A DNA stretch of 32,000 nucleotides from Promethearchaeota archaeon (GTDB lineage Archaea > Asgardarchaeota > Hermodarchaeia > Hermodarchaeales > Hermodarchaeaceae), in the NCBI GenBank assembly GCA_048938295.1, contig JBHLMI010000008.1, positions 30,001-62,000 on the forward strand, in the 5' to 3' direction. Below the pieces are notes generated by a model. It saw only the letters and a list, made by a program, of their open reading frames with translations. It was not told the DNA's origin and ran no database searches. How positions within the stretch are numbered: the first letter of the stretch is position 1; each line of letters starts with the position of its first letter. Below, in pieces: positions 18,011 to 26,553 of the stretch. The position numbers and the translations under genes are program-made.

Positions 18011-18373
18011 TTAGAAAGTTAGTATTGCATCAGCTTCTAAAGCAAGGTCATTGAGGGTTGCTGATCCAACAACTCCACATTCTTTCACGTAACCACCACG
18101 TTCAATGCCTAACATTTGTGTGCTTTGGTCACAAGCCATGAGCTTGACACCAGCTTCGATAGCCTGGTCGATAACTTCATTTAGCGGAGGGAAGTTCCCC
18201 ATCTTGATTTTTTCAGCTTCCCCTTGCTTCATGACCGTCACGCCTTTTATTAGAAAATAGATAGTGGCATCAATATCCATTGTTCTAGCTGTGGTGGCTA
18301 ATACAAACGGAGCATAAAGCCGATGAGGCTCATCTGTTCCGCTTGTTACTACATACAAGATTTTTTTAGGCAT
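18011..18373 (-). CDS. DsrE/DsrF-like sulfur carrier / peroxiredoxin-like protein
   Basis: YFLIKGV...GVKLMAC pattern; ATG at 18373 after GAGGTG. Confidence 0.85.
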   Translation of the reverse strand: MPKKILYVVTSGTDEPHRLYAPFVLATTARTMDIDATIYFLIKGVTVMKQGEAEKIKMGNFPPLNEVIDQAIEAGVKLMACDQSTQMLGIERGGYVKECGVVGSATLNDLALEADAILTF

Positions 18374-18378
18374 TTTTT

Positions 18379-18648
18379 TCACCTCTCAGTCTTTTGAACC
18401 AGGAACCGGAGATAGTCATCACAATGTTCGATTTTTAAAATCGTGTTACCTGTGCGTTTTGCCCATCTTGAGATGTCTTCTTCTGAGGCAGGATCGTCAG
18501 CTAACACTTCAACAACTTCATCGAGTTTTGCCTCTAGCACTGCCTGCCTGGTCTTATACACAGGAATTGGACAATACAAACCCCGTGCGTCAACCGTATG
18601 GTGGATTTCGACCTTGTCGCTTGTTGATTTCTTTGATTCGTCCAACAT
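18379..18648 (-). CDS. tusA: TusA/SirA sulfur carrier
   Basis: DARGLYCPIP (CPxP), LADDP...DI..WA. Confidence 0.92.
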   Translation of the reverse strand: MLDESKKSTSDKVEIHHTVDARGLYCPIPVYKTRQAVLEAKLDEVVEVLADDPASEEDISRWAKRTGNTILKIEHCDDYLRFLVQKTER

Positions 18649-18674
18649 TCCAATATGCCTCCGGAATCACTAAG

Positions 18675-18706
18675 CTTAACAGTGTTAAGTTCAACCCGTA
18701 TATAAG
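18675..18706 (-). promoter_or_regulatory. TATA box and palindromic operator of the tusA-dsrE-iscS-iscU operon
   Basis: CTTATATA on minus strand at 18706-18699; inverted repeat CTTAAC-AGT-GTTAAG at 18675-18689. Confidence 0.55.
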
Positions 18707-18817
18707 CTTGCTCCAATCACGAATACCCTATCAAAGTGCAACAATGTAACGCATAAAGAGGGTGAGGCGTAACGCTAAAATGCCATGTTTTACTCACCAT
18801 GAGAATAGGGAAAGCCC

Positions 18818-19219
18818 ATGACCTCCTCATCTAAAAACAAAACGAGGCGAAGAGCTCCTGCAGCCTCAGTCTCAACAGATGACCTGGATATGACACCTGC
18901 GTTGAAACAGGAAGTAATGGAAGAACTAAAACAGCTCTTTATGAAAGGCGATCTCCCTGAAGCGAAACGTCGTGACAATATTGTGATGACCCGACTGTGG
19001 GATTCAGATTTGAGAATCGTCGATGCATTAATTGCACTAGAGATTTTCAAGAGCCGAAGTGAAGCTGTGGCGTTTCTAACTCATGAGGGTATCCAAGCTA
19101 AAAGCGAACTAGTAGACACAATTCTCCCAGCCATTGAGCAAATTGAGGAGATTAAACGGCAGACCCGTAAACAAGCTGTATCTGCTCTGCATAAGTCCAA
19201 ACAGCAGAAAGAGATCTGA
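18818..19219 (+). CDS. Ribbon-helix-helix (CopG/MetJ-like) domain protein
   Basis: IVMTRLWDSDLRIVDALIALEIFKSRSEAVAFLTHEGI strand-helix-helix pattern. Confidence 0.7.
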   Translation: MTSSSKNKTRRRAPAASVSTDDLDMTPALKQEVMEELKQLFMKGDLPEAKRRDNIVMTRLWDSDLRIVDALIALEIFKSRSEAVAFLTHEGIQAKSELVDTILPAIEQIEEIKRQTRKQAVSALHKSKQQKEI

Positions 19220-19320
19220 CCTTTCAGATTGCTAAAATTCTTTTTTCGAGCTTAGCGAAGCACTTTAAAAAGCCGCGTCTTATGTTTGTCGATTTAGCAC
19301 ATACTCGATATGTGATGACG

Positions 19321-20481
19321 ATGACAGAGATTGCATTCCTTTCTGAAGAAGAGATCAAGTTTCAAATGAAAGCTCGTAGCTTCGTACAGAAGACCTTGGC
19401 GCCGGTAGCGGAAGAGATAGAGCAAGGCAAAGTAGAAGCCTGGGATATTATCCGAAAATTTGGCAAAGCCGGCTATTTAGGATCCCGGTATCCGCTCGAA
19501 TATGGCGGAATTGGAAAAGGACTAATGTATGAGGTGTTGGTCACCGAAGAAATCTGTGCAGTTCACGCAGGTTTTGACATGGCACGAGTCGCGTCATGTA
19601 TACTCTTTGCACATCCAGTCTATGAATTCGGGACTGAGGCTCAGAAGAAGAAATATCTAACTCCCGTATCAAAGGGTGAGAAGATCGGTGCATTGGGTAT
19701 TACAGAACCTAACGTCGGAAGCGATGTTGCTGGGACTGAAACGCGTGCAGAAAAACGTGGGGACAAATACGTTATCAATGGTGAAAAACGATTTATCACC
19801 AACGGACCGGTCGCCGACTATCTACTGTGTTATACAGTCACCAATCCAACGGTGAAAGCCAAACAAGGAATGACTGCCTTTATCGTTGAAACCAAGACCA
19901 AAGGATTTGAAGTCGTAGAAGAATACGAACTCTTGGGAATGCATGGGGCGCATGTAGGTCGGCTAGCCCTCAATGATGTAAAAGTTTCAGAGGAACAAAT
20001 CCTTGGAGACCTTAATGGTGGATTTCGTGTTGTCATGGCTGGACTTGATGCTGAACGCACGATACTCGCAGCTGAAATGAATGGGGTTGCTCGTGCGGCG
20101 ATGGAAGAGGCAGTGAATTACAGCAATCATCGAGTGCAATTCCGACGTAAGATCCGTGAGTTTGAAGGGGTTAGCTTCAAAATCGCCGATATGGCTACAA
20201 AGCTCGAAGCCGCTCGGTTACTCACTTACAAAGCCGCCCGGTTAATCGATGCTGGGAAACCAGCCACCAAGGATGCAGCCATCGCAAAACTCTATGCTTG
20301 TGAGAAATCCATCGAAACAGCCACTGATGCCCTACAGGTGCTAGGCGGGATTGGATATACAAAACAGCGCCCAGTAGAGCGATTTCTTCGCGATGCCCGC
20401 CTGATGACTATTGGTGGAGGTACAGCTGAAATCCTGCGATACCTCATCCAACGTGAAGTCTTCAGGGAATACGACCTGTAA
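19321..20481 (+). CDS. Acyl-CoA dehydrogenase (start 19282-19321)
   Basis: GITEPNVGSD, INGEKRFITNG, RVQFRRKI, QVLGGIGY, RDARLMTIGGGT. Confidence 0.95.
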   Translation: MTEIAFLSEEEIKFQMKARSFVQKTLAPVAEEIEQGKVEAWDIIRKFGKAGYLGSRYPLEYGGIGKGLMYEVLVTEEICAVHAGFDMARVASCILFAHPVYEFGTEAQKKKYLTPVSKGEKIGALGITEPNVGSDVAGTETRAEKRGDKYVINGEKRFITNGPVADYLLCYTVTNPTVKAKQGMTAFIVETKTKGFEVVEEYELLGMHGAHVGRLALNDVKVSEEQILGDLNGGFRVVMAGLDAERTILAAEMNGVARAAMEEAVNYSNHRVQFRRKIREFEGVSFKIADMATKLEAARLLTYKAARLIDAGKPATKDAAIAKLYACEKSIETATDALQVLGGIGYTKQRPVERFLRDARLMTIGGGTAEILRYLIQREVFREYDL

Positions 20482-20557
20482 ATTTAGATTAATCTCCTAG
20501 ACAGTAGCTTAAAATAGTCCATCCACCTGGTGCCGTCTCTGCTTGAGGAGAACCATT

Positions 20558-21850
20558 TTGAGTAAGATGTTACGTGAGGATGCCATTGGCTATTGGCAAC
20601 GTATGCGCCAGTTCACACCCAATGCACAAAAGCTGATTCTTAGTAACGTCTTCTCGGCCTTTGGTTGGGGAATCACTCAAACCCTGTTCAATCTTTATAT
20701 CATCAGCTTAGGCTATTCTAACACCTTCGTCGGAAGCCTCATGTCCATCAACGCCTTCACAATGGCCATCTGCTCACTGTTTATGGGATTCCTTGTCTCA
20801 CGGTTTGGCACCAAACGTTCACTTATCCTGGCTTCATTCATCACGTTCTTCGCTTCAATAACCCAGGTTCTCTTTCCTATGCCTCCAATTCTTTATGCAA
20901 TGGCAATAATCAGCGGACTTGGTCAGGCAATGCGTAATGTGGCTTTTGGTCCCTTCTTAACCAAATGTAGCACCGCTTATGAACGGACCCATTTGTTTGG
21001 CACCTCCCAATCAGCGTTCATTCTGAGCTCCTTTTTCGCCAACACGCTAGCCGGATTTCTCCCAGGTATGTTCGCCTTCTATTTTGGATTCCCTTTGGAC
21101 AGCTCCATCACGTTTCAACTGGCACTTCTCGTCCAAGCGCTCCCATTATCGTTAGGCATTCTTCCACTCCTTCTTGTACGTGAAAAGAATCAGCCCATAC
21201 TTCGTGAGATTCTGTACGAAGTTGGAGATATCGAACCTGTCGTCAAACAGGATGTACGAAGACTGCTCCTTCAATTCGGGATTGTTAATGCCTTTATTGG
21301 CCTTGGGGCTGGATTCGTTATCCCTTACCTAACTATTTTCTTCTGGGACTTCTATAACCTCCCCACCTACATGGTTGGACTCGTTCAGGGATTTGGATCT
21401 CTTTCAGTTGCAGCGGGTGCTTTTCTCTCACCAGTATTATCAACGCGAATCGGAAAGGTGAAAACCGTTCTCGTAACCCAAAGCCTATCCCTTCCGTTTC
21501 TTTTCTTCATCGCCACCATCATCAACCCTTTTGTGGCGATTGTGAGCTACCTGTTTCGTGTAGTTCTCATGAATGCTAGCGGTCCGGTGGATCAGGCACT
21601 CCGAATGGAATTGACTCCAGAAGCCTACCGTCCACAGATGAGTGCGGCATCGTCGTTTGCCTGGAATTTCCCTTGGGCATTTAGCACTCTTGTGACTGGT
21701 CCGCTCTTCGATTTGGGATTATATTTAATTCCGTTCTGGTTCACTCTTGGTAGTTATTCAGCATCCACCCTTCTGTATGCAGCGTTCTTTTGGAATATCG
21801 AGAAAAGACAGAAACATACTCATGGACAAAACACCAACAAGGTGAGCTAA
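20558..21850 (+). CDS. MFS transporter (paralog 1)
   Basis: About 12 TM; motif A-like GFLVSRFGTK and STRIGKVK; TTG start after GAGGAG. Confidence 0.92.
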   Translation: MSKMLREDAIGYWQRMRQFTPNAQKLILSNVFSAFGWGITQTLFNLYIISLGYSNTFVGSLMSINAFTMAICSLFMGFLVSRFGTKRSLILASFITFFASITQVLFPMPPILYAMAIISGLGQAMRNVAFGPFLTKCSTAYERTHLFGTSQSAFILSSFFANTLAGFLPGMFAFYFGFPLDSSITFQLALLVQALPLSLGILPLLLVREKNQPILREILYEVGDIEPVVKQDVRRLLLQFGIVNAFIGLGAGFVIPYLTIFFWDFYNLPTYMVGLVQGFGSLSVAAGAFLSPVLSTRIGKVKTVLVTQSLSLPFLFFIATIINPFVAIVSYLFRVVLMNASGPVDQALRMELTPEAYRPQMSAASSFAWNFPWAFSTLVTGPLFDLGLYLIPFWFTLGSYSASTLLYAAFFWNIEKRQKHTHGQNTNKVS

Positions 21851-21860
21851 CAAGAGAGAA

Positions 21861-21899
21861 CACTGGACCGTGACAGGAATTTGCCCCATTGGTCCGGTG
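21861..21899 (+). terminator. Stem-loop downstream of MFS1
   Basis: CACTGGACC / GGTCCGGTG 9-bp stem with one U-G wobble, 21-nt loop; no U-tract. Confidence 0.35.
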
Positions 21900-21910
21900 G
21901 ATGGTGTGAC

Positions 21911-21979
21911 TTAGAATCGTCGTCGCATCAGTACATAGACAATGATGATGCCAGCAATCATGAAGATGAGGCCAATCAT
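21911..21979 (-). CDS. Possible single-TM microprotein
   Basis: MIGLIFMIAGIIIVYVLMRRRF; open frame extends upstream. Confidence 0.3.
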   Translation of the reverse strand: MIGLIFMIAGIIIVYVLMRRRF

Positions 21980-22066
21980 CAGTCCTAGCTTGAAGGATCC
22001 GAGTGTTTTTTTAGAAAAGGTGGTTGGCGATAGCGTTATATTCGATGAGATCGTAGTGTGAGAAGG

Positions 22067-22126
22067 TTTATATAGGTAGACTTCTACATAGCTATGTAGA
22101 GCACTACATAACTCGGTGACTACATA
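22067..22126 (+). promoter_or_regulatory. padR promoter with tandem operators
   Basis: TTTATATA at 22067-22074; TAGGTAG-n4-CTACATA at 22073-22090; TATGTAG-n4-CTACATA at 22093-22110; half-site CTACATA at 22120-22126. Confidence 0.8.
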
Positions 22127-22699
22127 ATGGCATTCTGTGGTAAAGGACGCATTGAAACTAGTGAAGGCAGCGTCAGCTTCGTAGAAATTATCATCCTCAC
22201 CCTCTTGAATCAGGGTCCAGCGCATGGCTATCGTGTGCTGCAAGGTCTGAAGGGCAGACTTGGTGGCTGGAGGCTGAAGAGCGGTACAGTGTATCCTGCA
22301 CTCCATAGAATGGCTGAACGAGACCTTATTTCTAGTGAACGGGTAACCCAGGAGGACCGCCCGGATGCCGTAGAGTATCAGTTGACCGCAAAGGGGAAAA
22401 AGGTACTCGACGAAGCGCTTCGTAATCTCAGGTCCGAGTTCAAAGCGCAAGACCATTTTTGGCGGTTCTTAGGAACCAGCATGAATGGCAAAGCCCAAGA
22501 CGAACTTTTAGATTGGAGTGTCCGCGAGCAAAGCCCTGCAGCTTTCATGGCCATGAAGATACAATGTGATTGCGAACCGGGCCATTGTACCCCACGACAC
22601 CTCCTATTCATGAAACGCTATCGAGAATACCTGGAACGTGAACTGAAATGGGTTGAAAAACGACTCACCGAGTTGAAAAGCTCTGACGAATTAGAATAG
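22127..22699 (+). CDS. PadR-family transcriptional regulator
   Basis: GPAHGYRVL...GTVYPALHRM...VEYQLTAKG; C-terminal helix with CDC...C. Confidence 0.93.
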   Translation: MAFCGKGRIETSEGSVSFVEIIILTLLNQGPAHGYRVLQGLKGRLGGWRLKSGTVYPALHRMAERDLISSERVTQEDRPDAVEYQLTAKGKKVLDEALRNLRSEFKAQDHFWRFLGTSMNGKAQDELLDWSVREQSPAAFMAMKIQCDCEPGHCTPRHLLFMKRYREYLERELKWVEKRLTELKSSDELE

Positions 22700-22712
22700 A
22701 GGTGAAACAGCT

Positions 22713-22916
22713 ATGTGTGGACCAACAGAACACCGCTTCGGGTTCCGAGGTATGGCTCCGTTCATAGGTCAGATGTGCTGCAGTCCTGGATATGAACCGA
22801 GTAAAGAAGCTCGCATCAAAGGTCTGGAAGCCATGAAAGCCCAGCTTGAAGACTACATCAAGCACATTGATGAACGGATCTCCGACCTTGAAAAAGAAGA
22901 GAAGAAAAGCGCTTAA
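22713..22916 (+). CDS. Small DUF5320-like protein
   Basis: Gly/Phe/Cys-rich N-terminus followed by coiled coil (LEAMKAQLEDYIKHIDERISDLE); RBS GAGGTG. Confidence 0.7.
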   Translation: MCGPTEHRFGFRGMAPFIGQMCCSPGYEPSKEARIKGLEAMKAQLEDYIKHIDERISDLEKEEKKSA

Positions 22917-22929
22917 GCCATTCTCGCAC

Positions 22930-22980
22930 CCAGGGCCCTGGAATCTTCGCGACGTCGCATTTCCTTTTTTCTTATCCTTT
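22930..22980 (+). terminator. Probable terminator region
   Basis: Palindromes CCAGGGCCCTGG and GCGACGTCGC followed by TTTCCTTTTTTCTT. Confidence 0.45.
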
Positions 22981-23004
22981 CACAAGCTTTTATTATTGTA
23001 AGCA

Positions 23005-23057
23005 CGAGGCAAGGACTACCGAATTGCCATACCAAGAACGCGGGGTAGTCGTCCTCG
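23005..23057. promoter_or_regulatory. Interrupted inverted repeat upstream of MFS2
   Basis: CGAGG..GACTACC-n23-GGTAGTC..CCTCG followed by GTTTTTT. Confidence 0.4.
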
Positions 23058-23088
23058 GTTTTTTGCATGGTTTTGGAGGAGCCATTCG

Positions 23089-24423
23089 TTGCACCTCGCT
23101 GAGAGTCTTAGTTCAGAGGCAGCTGCCTATTGGCATCGAGTTCAACGGTTCACTCCAAATGCACGACGAGTCATCATCAGCCAGGCAATCAGTCGATTAG
23201 GTTTTGGAATGTATCAAGCCATCTTCAACCTGTATTTGTTATCAATTGGCTTTTCCACGAGTTTCGTTGCCGGATTGCTCTCTTTGGGTTTATTCACTAT
23301 GGCAATTGGTGCCTTAATCGCAGGCCCCTATACCACTCGCGTTGGCGAAAAGACAACCATGATTTTGTCAGGAGTTATCATGACTGTCGCCGCCAGCGCA
23401 TTAATCACACTACCAATTCCTGAAATCCTGATCATGATGATGATCTTGTTCTATTTTGGAAACAGCCTTTCCATTACCTCATACAGCCCATTGATGGCCA
23501 GGAGTAGTTCCCCGTATGAACGGACTCACCTTTTTGGAACCTCGCAAGCCTCCCGTATAGGCTCCAGTTTCATCGGTAGCTTGCTAGGCGGGTTTCTACC
23601 CGGACTCTTTGCGCTGTGGTTCGTTGTTCCAATCGACAGCCCCCTTACCTTTCAGCTCACACTTATCATCTGGGTCATCGCAAGTGTTCTCGGAATTACC
23701 CCCCTCTTAGGAATGAAAGAGTCACGTCCACCTGCTAAAGCATCAGAGGAGAGCGATCTAATCCTAGATTCCATAACGTCTCCTGAGCCTAGAGGTCGGA
23801 TCAGCATTGTTCTTCGGTTTATTATCTGTAATATCCTTATTGGTCTAGGCGCAGGCCTCATTGTTCCATTAATAAATGTCTTCTTCTGGGAATTCTATAA
23901 CTTACCTACCTACATGGTGGGGCTTATCATCGGGCTTGGACAAGCGACCATGGCTACTGGAGTCCTCCTCTCCCCTATTCTGTCAACACACATTGGGAAG
24001 GTACCATCCGTGGTATTAACCCAGGCTCTATCGTTACCTTTCATCATCATCCTTGCCTCAGTGGTGAATCCTTTAGTGGCCATCATCTGTTACTTGCTTC
24101 GAAATGCATTGATGAACGCAACAATGCCCATCGGGCAAACTCTTCGCATGGAATTAGTTCCCAGCTCTTGGCGCCCGAATCTTCAAGCCCTCAACACCTC
24201 CGCCATGAGTTTTGGTCGCGCAACCAGCGTCCAATTCGCCGGACAACTCTTCGACCAAGGACTATACCTAATTCCCTTCTGGTTAACCCTAATATTCTAT
24301 GGAACTCAAACTGCGCTATATGCCTTGTTCTTTTGGAATGCAGAAAAGCAACGAGATAAGGACATCAAAGAGCACGAAACCATTTTTCCAAGGAATATGA
24401 TGATAGAAACTGACACCCATTGA
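23089..24423 (+). CDS. MFS transporter (paralog 2)
   Basis: About 12 TM; shares SSPYERTHLFG, FFWEFYNLPTYMVG and LIPFW with MFS1; TTG start after GGAGGAG. Confidence 0.92.
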   Translation: MHLAESLSSEAAAYWHRVQRFTPNARRVIISQAISRLGFGMYQAIFNLYLLSIGFSTSFVAGLLSLGLFTMAIGALIAGPYTTRVGEKTTMILSGVIMTVAASALITLPIPEILIMMMILFYFGNSLSITSYSPLMARSSSPYERTHLFGTSQASRIGSSFIGSLLGGFLPGLFALWFVVPIDSPLTFQLTLIIWVIASVLGITPLLGMKESRPPAKASEESDLILDSITSPEPRGRISIVLRFIICNILIGLGAGLIVPLINVFFWEFYNLPTYMVGLIIGLGQATMATGVLLSPILSTHIGKVPSVVLTQALSLPFIIILASVVNPLVAIICYLLRNALMNATMPIGQTLRMELVPSSWRPNLQALNTSAMSFGRATSVQFAGQLFDQGLYLIPFWLTLIFYGTQTALYALFFWNAEKQRDKDIKEHETIFPRNMMIETDTH

Positions 24424-24485
24424 GGTTTCAGCTTCATTTAACAATCTGTAAACTTATTAGGAGAGATTACGAATAGGAACCTTGA

Positions 24486-26399
24486 ATGGCATTTAAGGTG
24501 TGGGAGATATTGTCTAATAATCGCGGCTTACTTATCCTAGCATTTGTTTTTGCTTTTCTTTTAATTAATATATCAACACCTGCTCAAGTACCTGTGTTGG
24601 CTGAGAATTTTGAATTGAAACAGCCCGATTTTGGAAACGAACTGATAGCGTTTATTAGCCAAGTGAAAATGCAAAACGGAAATGATAACTGGACAGTTCT
24701 TGTATATCTTGATGGAGATAACAATCTAGAGGAGTACGCGTTCGATGATTTGAATTCAATGGAGACAATTGGATCAACTCAAGATGTGAAAATTATTGTA
24801 CTAGTTGATTTTTGGGATGGAACCTATACACCTTTTACAGGCGCAAAATGCTACGAAGTCAGCCAAGATTTGAATCAAAACGTTATTAACTCAATCGAAC
24901 TTGCTACACCACTACCCACGGAACCGGATATGGGTTCTCCCACTATTCTCCGAGATTTCATCGTGTTTGGTCAATCGTACGCTCCTGCTGACAATTATCT
25001 GCTGATTATTTGGGATCACGGGAGTGGGGCGTTTGGCTTGTGTGAAGATGAAACTAGTCAGTCTCAATTAACGATTGAGGAGTTGGAGCAAGCGCTCAGT
25101 GATTCACAAATTCAACATCTAGATATCGTGGCCTTTGATGCTTGCTTGATGGGGCAACTAGAGGTCGCTTACGAAATCCGTAATAGTACGGATTTAGTGG
25201 TGTTCTCGGAAGAATCAGTACCTGTGACGGGATTTCCATATGAAGATATACTACTTAACCTCACGACGTTTCCAACCTCAACACCCAAAACTGTAGCATC
25301 CAGTCTTGTCTATTATTATGTAACGGCCTACGATATTGGTGGACGGTACTATGACCCTATGAACCTTGCTGTGTGTCTGTCCGCGATCGAATGCGATATG
25401 CTTGATGCAGTTGCTGAGGCATTGAATGAACTTGCACAGTTACTTTATACTAGTGTCAACGACCCCCAGCTCTATGAGGCGATATCTTGGGCACGGGAAA
25501 GTACACAAAGTTTCTCATGGACTGAATTCATTGACTTGGACTCCTTCGCTTCAGCGCTTGCCACTCACCTTAATACTAATCCGTACTTTCAACGAGCCAC
25601 CAATTTGTCCTCTTTCATCCAAGCAGCCGTTTACGAGGAACTACATCTAAGTGACGTTCCTGGTGCTCATGGGCTAGGCGCTGTGTTTGGTACTTATGGG
25701 TCTCATCAACTCGCTCTTGCCACCGATACAGAATGGGATGAATTCATTGAGGCATATCTGAATATCGGCGCATCATTTACTGAAGCTTGTCCACTCGTGC
25801 AATATCAAGGCCCAGGAGCTATTTTGGGTCTGCACTGTGGATATCTTGAAGGCGCTTATGATTCTGTATATTATATCTACACTGCAACAGAAACAGGTCT
25901 GCATACCTTTACCATTGATGCAGCCTGGACCCAATTTGAAACTGACTTTGACCTCTACATCTACAATGCCTACCAAGGCCAACTAGCTGAGTCGATCAGC
26001 AGTGACTCGTCAGAAACCATCACCATTAATCTGAGCGAAGGTAACACCTACTATATTGAGGTGTATTCGTATCCAACGGGCGATCTTAGTGCCGGTATCT
26101 TTCTACTCCAAGTTTTCACCCCCTCAAGTACTGGTCCTGCCTTTCCAATACCTCCCCTAACCATGATCATGTTAATCGCAGGTATCGTCGTCGGTATCCT
26201 TGTTGGCGTTATCACCATCATTATCTACCGACGAAGACAAACCAGCAGTACCGAACCCCCGTCCCGCTACACTGCCACAACATACATGCCCGGTTCAGCA
26301 CCATCAACCACCGAAAGCACGAAATTCTGCGCCTATTGCGGTGGAGCAATCCCATCCCGTGCCCACTACTGCCCCATTTGCGGTTCCTCACTGGATTGA
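24486..26399 (+). CDS. Membrane-anchored clostripain-family (C11) cysteine peptidase with PPC-like domain and C-terminal zinc ribbon
   Basis: WTVLVYLDGDNNL, WDHGSG (His), FDACLMG (Cys), DFDLYIY, TM+RRR, CAYC...CPIC. Confidence 0.9.
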   Translation: MAFKVWEILSNNRGLLILAFVFAFLLINISTPAQVPVLAENFELKQPDFGNELIAFISQVKMQNGNDNWTVLVYLDGDNNLEEYAFDDLNSMETIGSTQDVKIIVLVDFWDGTYTPFTGAKCYEVSQDLNQNVINSIELATPLPTEPDMGSPTILRDFIVFGQSYAPADNYLLIIWDHGSGAFGLCEDETSQSQLTIEELEQALSDSQIQHLDIVAFDACLMGQLEVAYEIRNSTDLVVFSEESVPVTGFPYEDILLNLTTFPTSTPKTVASSLVYYYVTAYDIGGRYYDPMNLAVCLSAIECDMLDAVAEALNELAQLLYTSVNDPQLYEAISWARESTQSFSWTEFIDLDSFASALATHLNTNPYFQRATNLSSFIQAAVYEELHLSDVPGAHGLGAVFGTYGSHQLALATDTEWDEFIEAYLNIGASFTEACPLVQYQGPGAILGLHCGYLEGAYDSVYYIYTATETGLHTFTIDAAWTQFETDFDLYIYNAYQGQLAESISSDSSETITINLSEGNTYYIEVYSYPTGDLSAGIFLLQVFTPSSTGPAFPIPPLTMIMLIAGIVVGILVGVITIIIYRRRQTSSTEPPSRYTATTYMPGSAPSTTESTKFCAYCGGAIPSRAHYCPICGSSLD

Positions 26400-26553
26400 A
26401 TCCCACACCCAACCCTCCTTCCCCGAATATCCGTGTCACCTCAGACCACAGTAGGATACAAAAACTTCCCGAAAACTCTGACACAAACGCTGTTCTTTTG
26501 CATCCCAGTTGCCGACTTTAAGTAGGGTGCTGAGAGAGCCGTCCTGACCAACA

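Noticed and set aside
18675-18695. SurR binding site
   Set aside because: Half-site order is AAC-n3-GTT, not GTT-n3-AAC
21911-22456. 181-aa minus-strand ORF as a full gene
   Set aside because: 330 nt overlap antisense to a well-supported padR; only the TM tail is plausible
22930-22958. Guanidine-II twin hairpins
   Set aside because: Loops are GGCC and ACGT, not two ACGR loops
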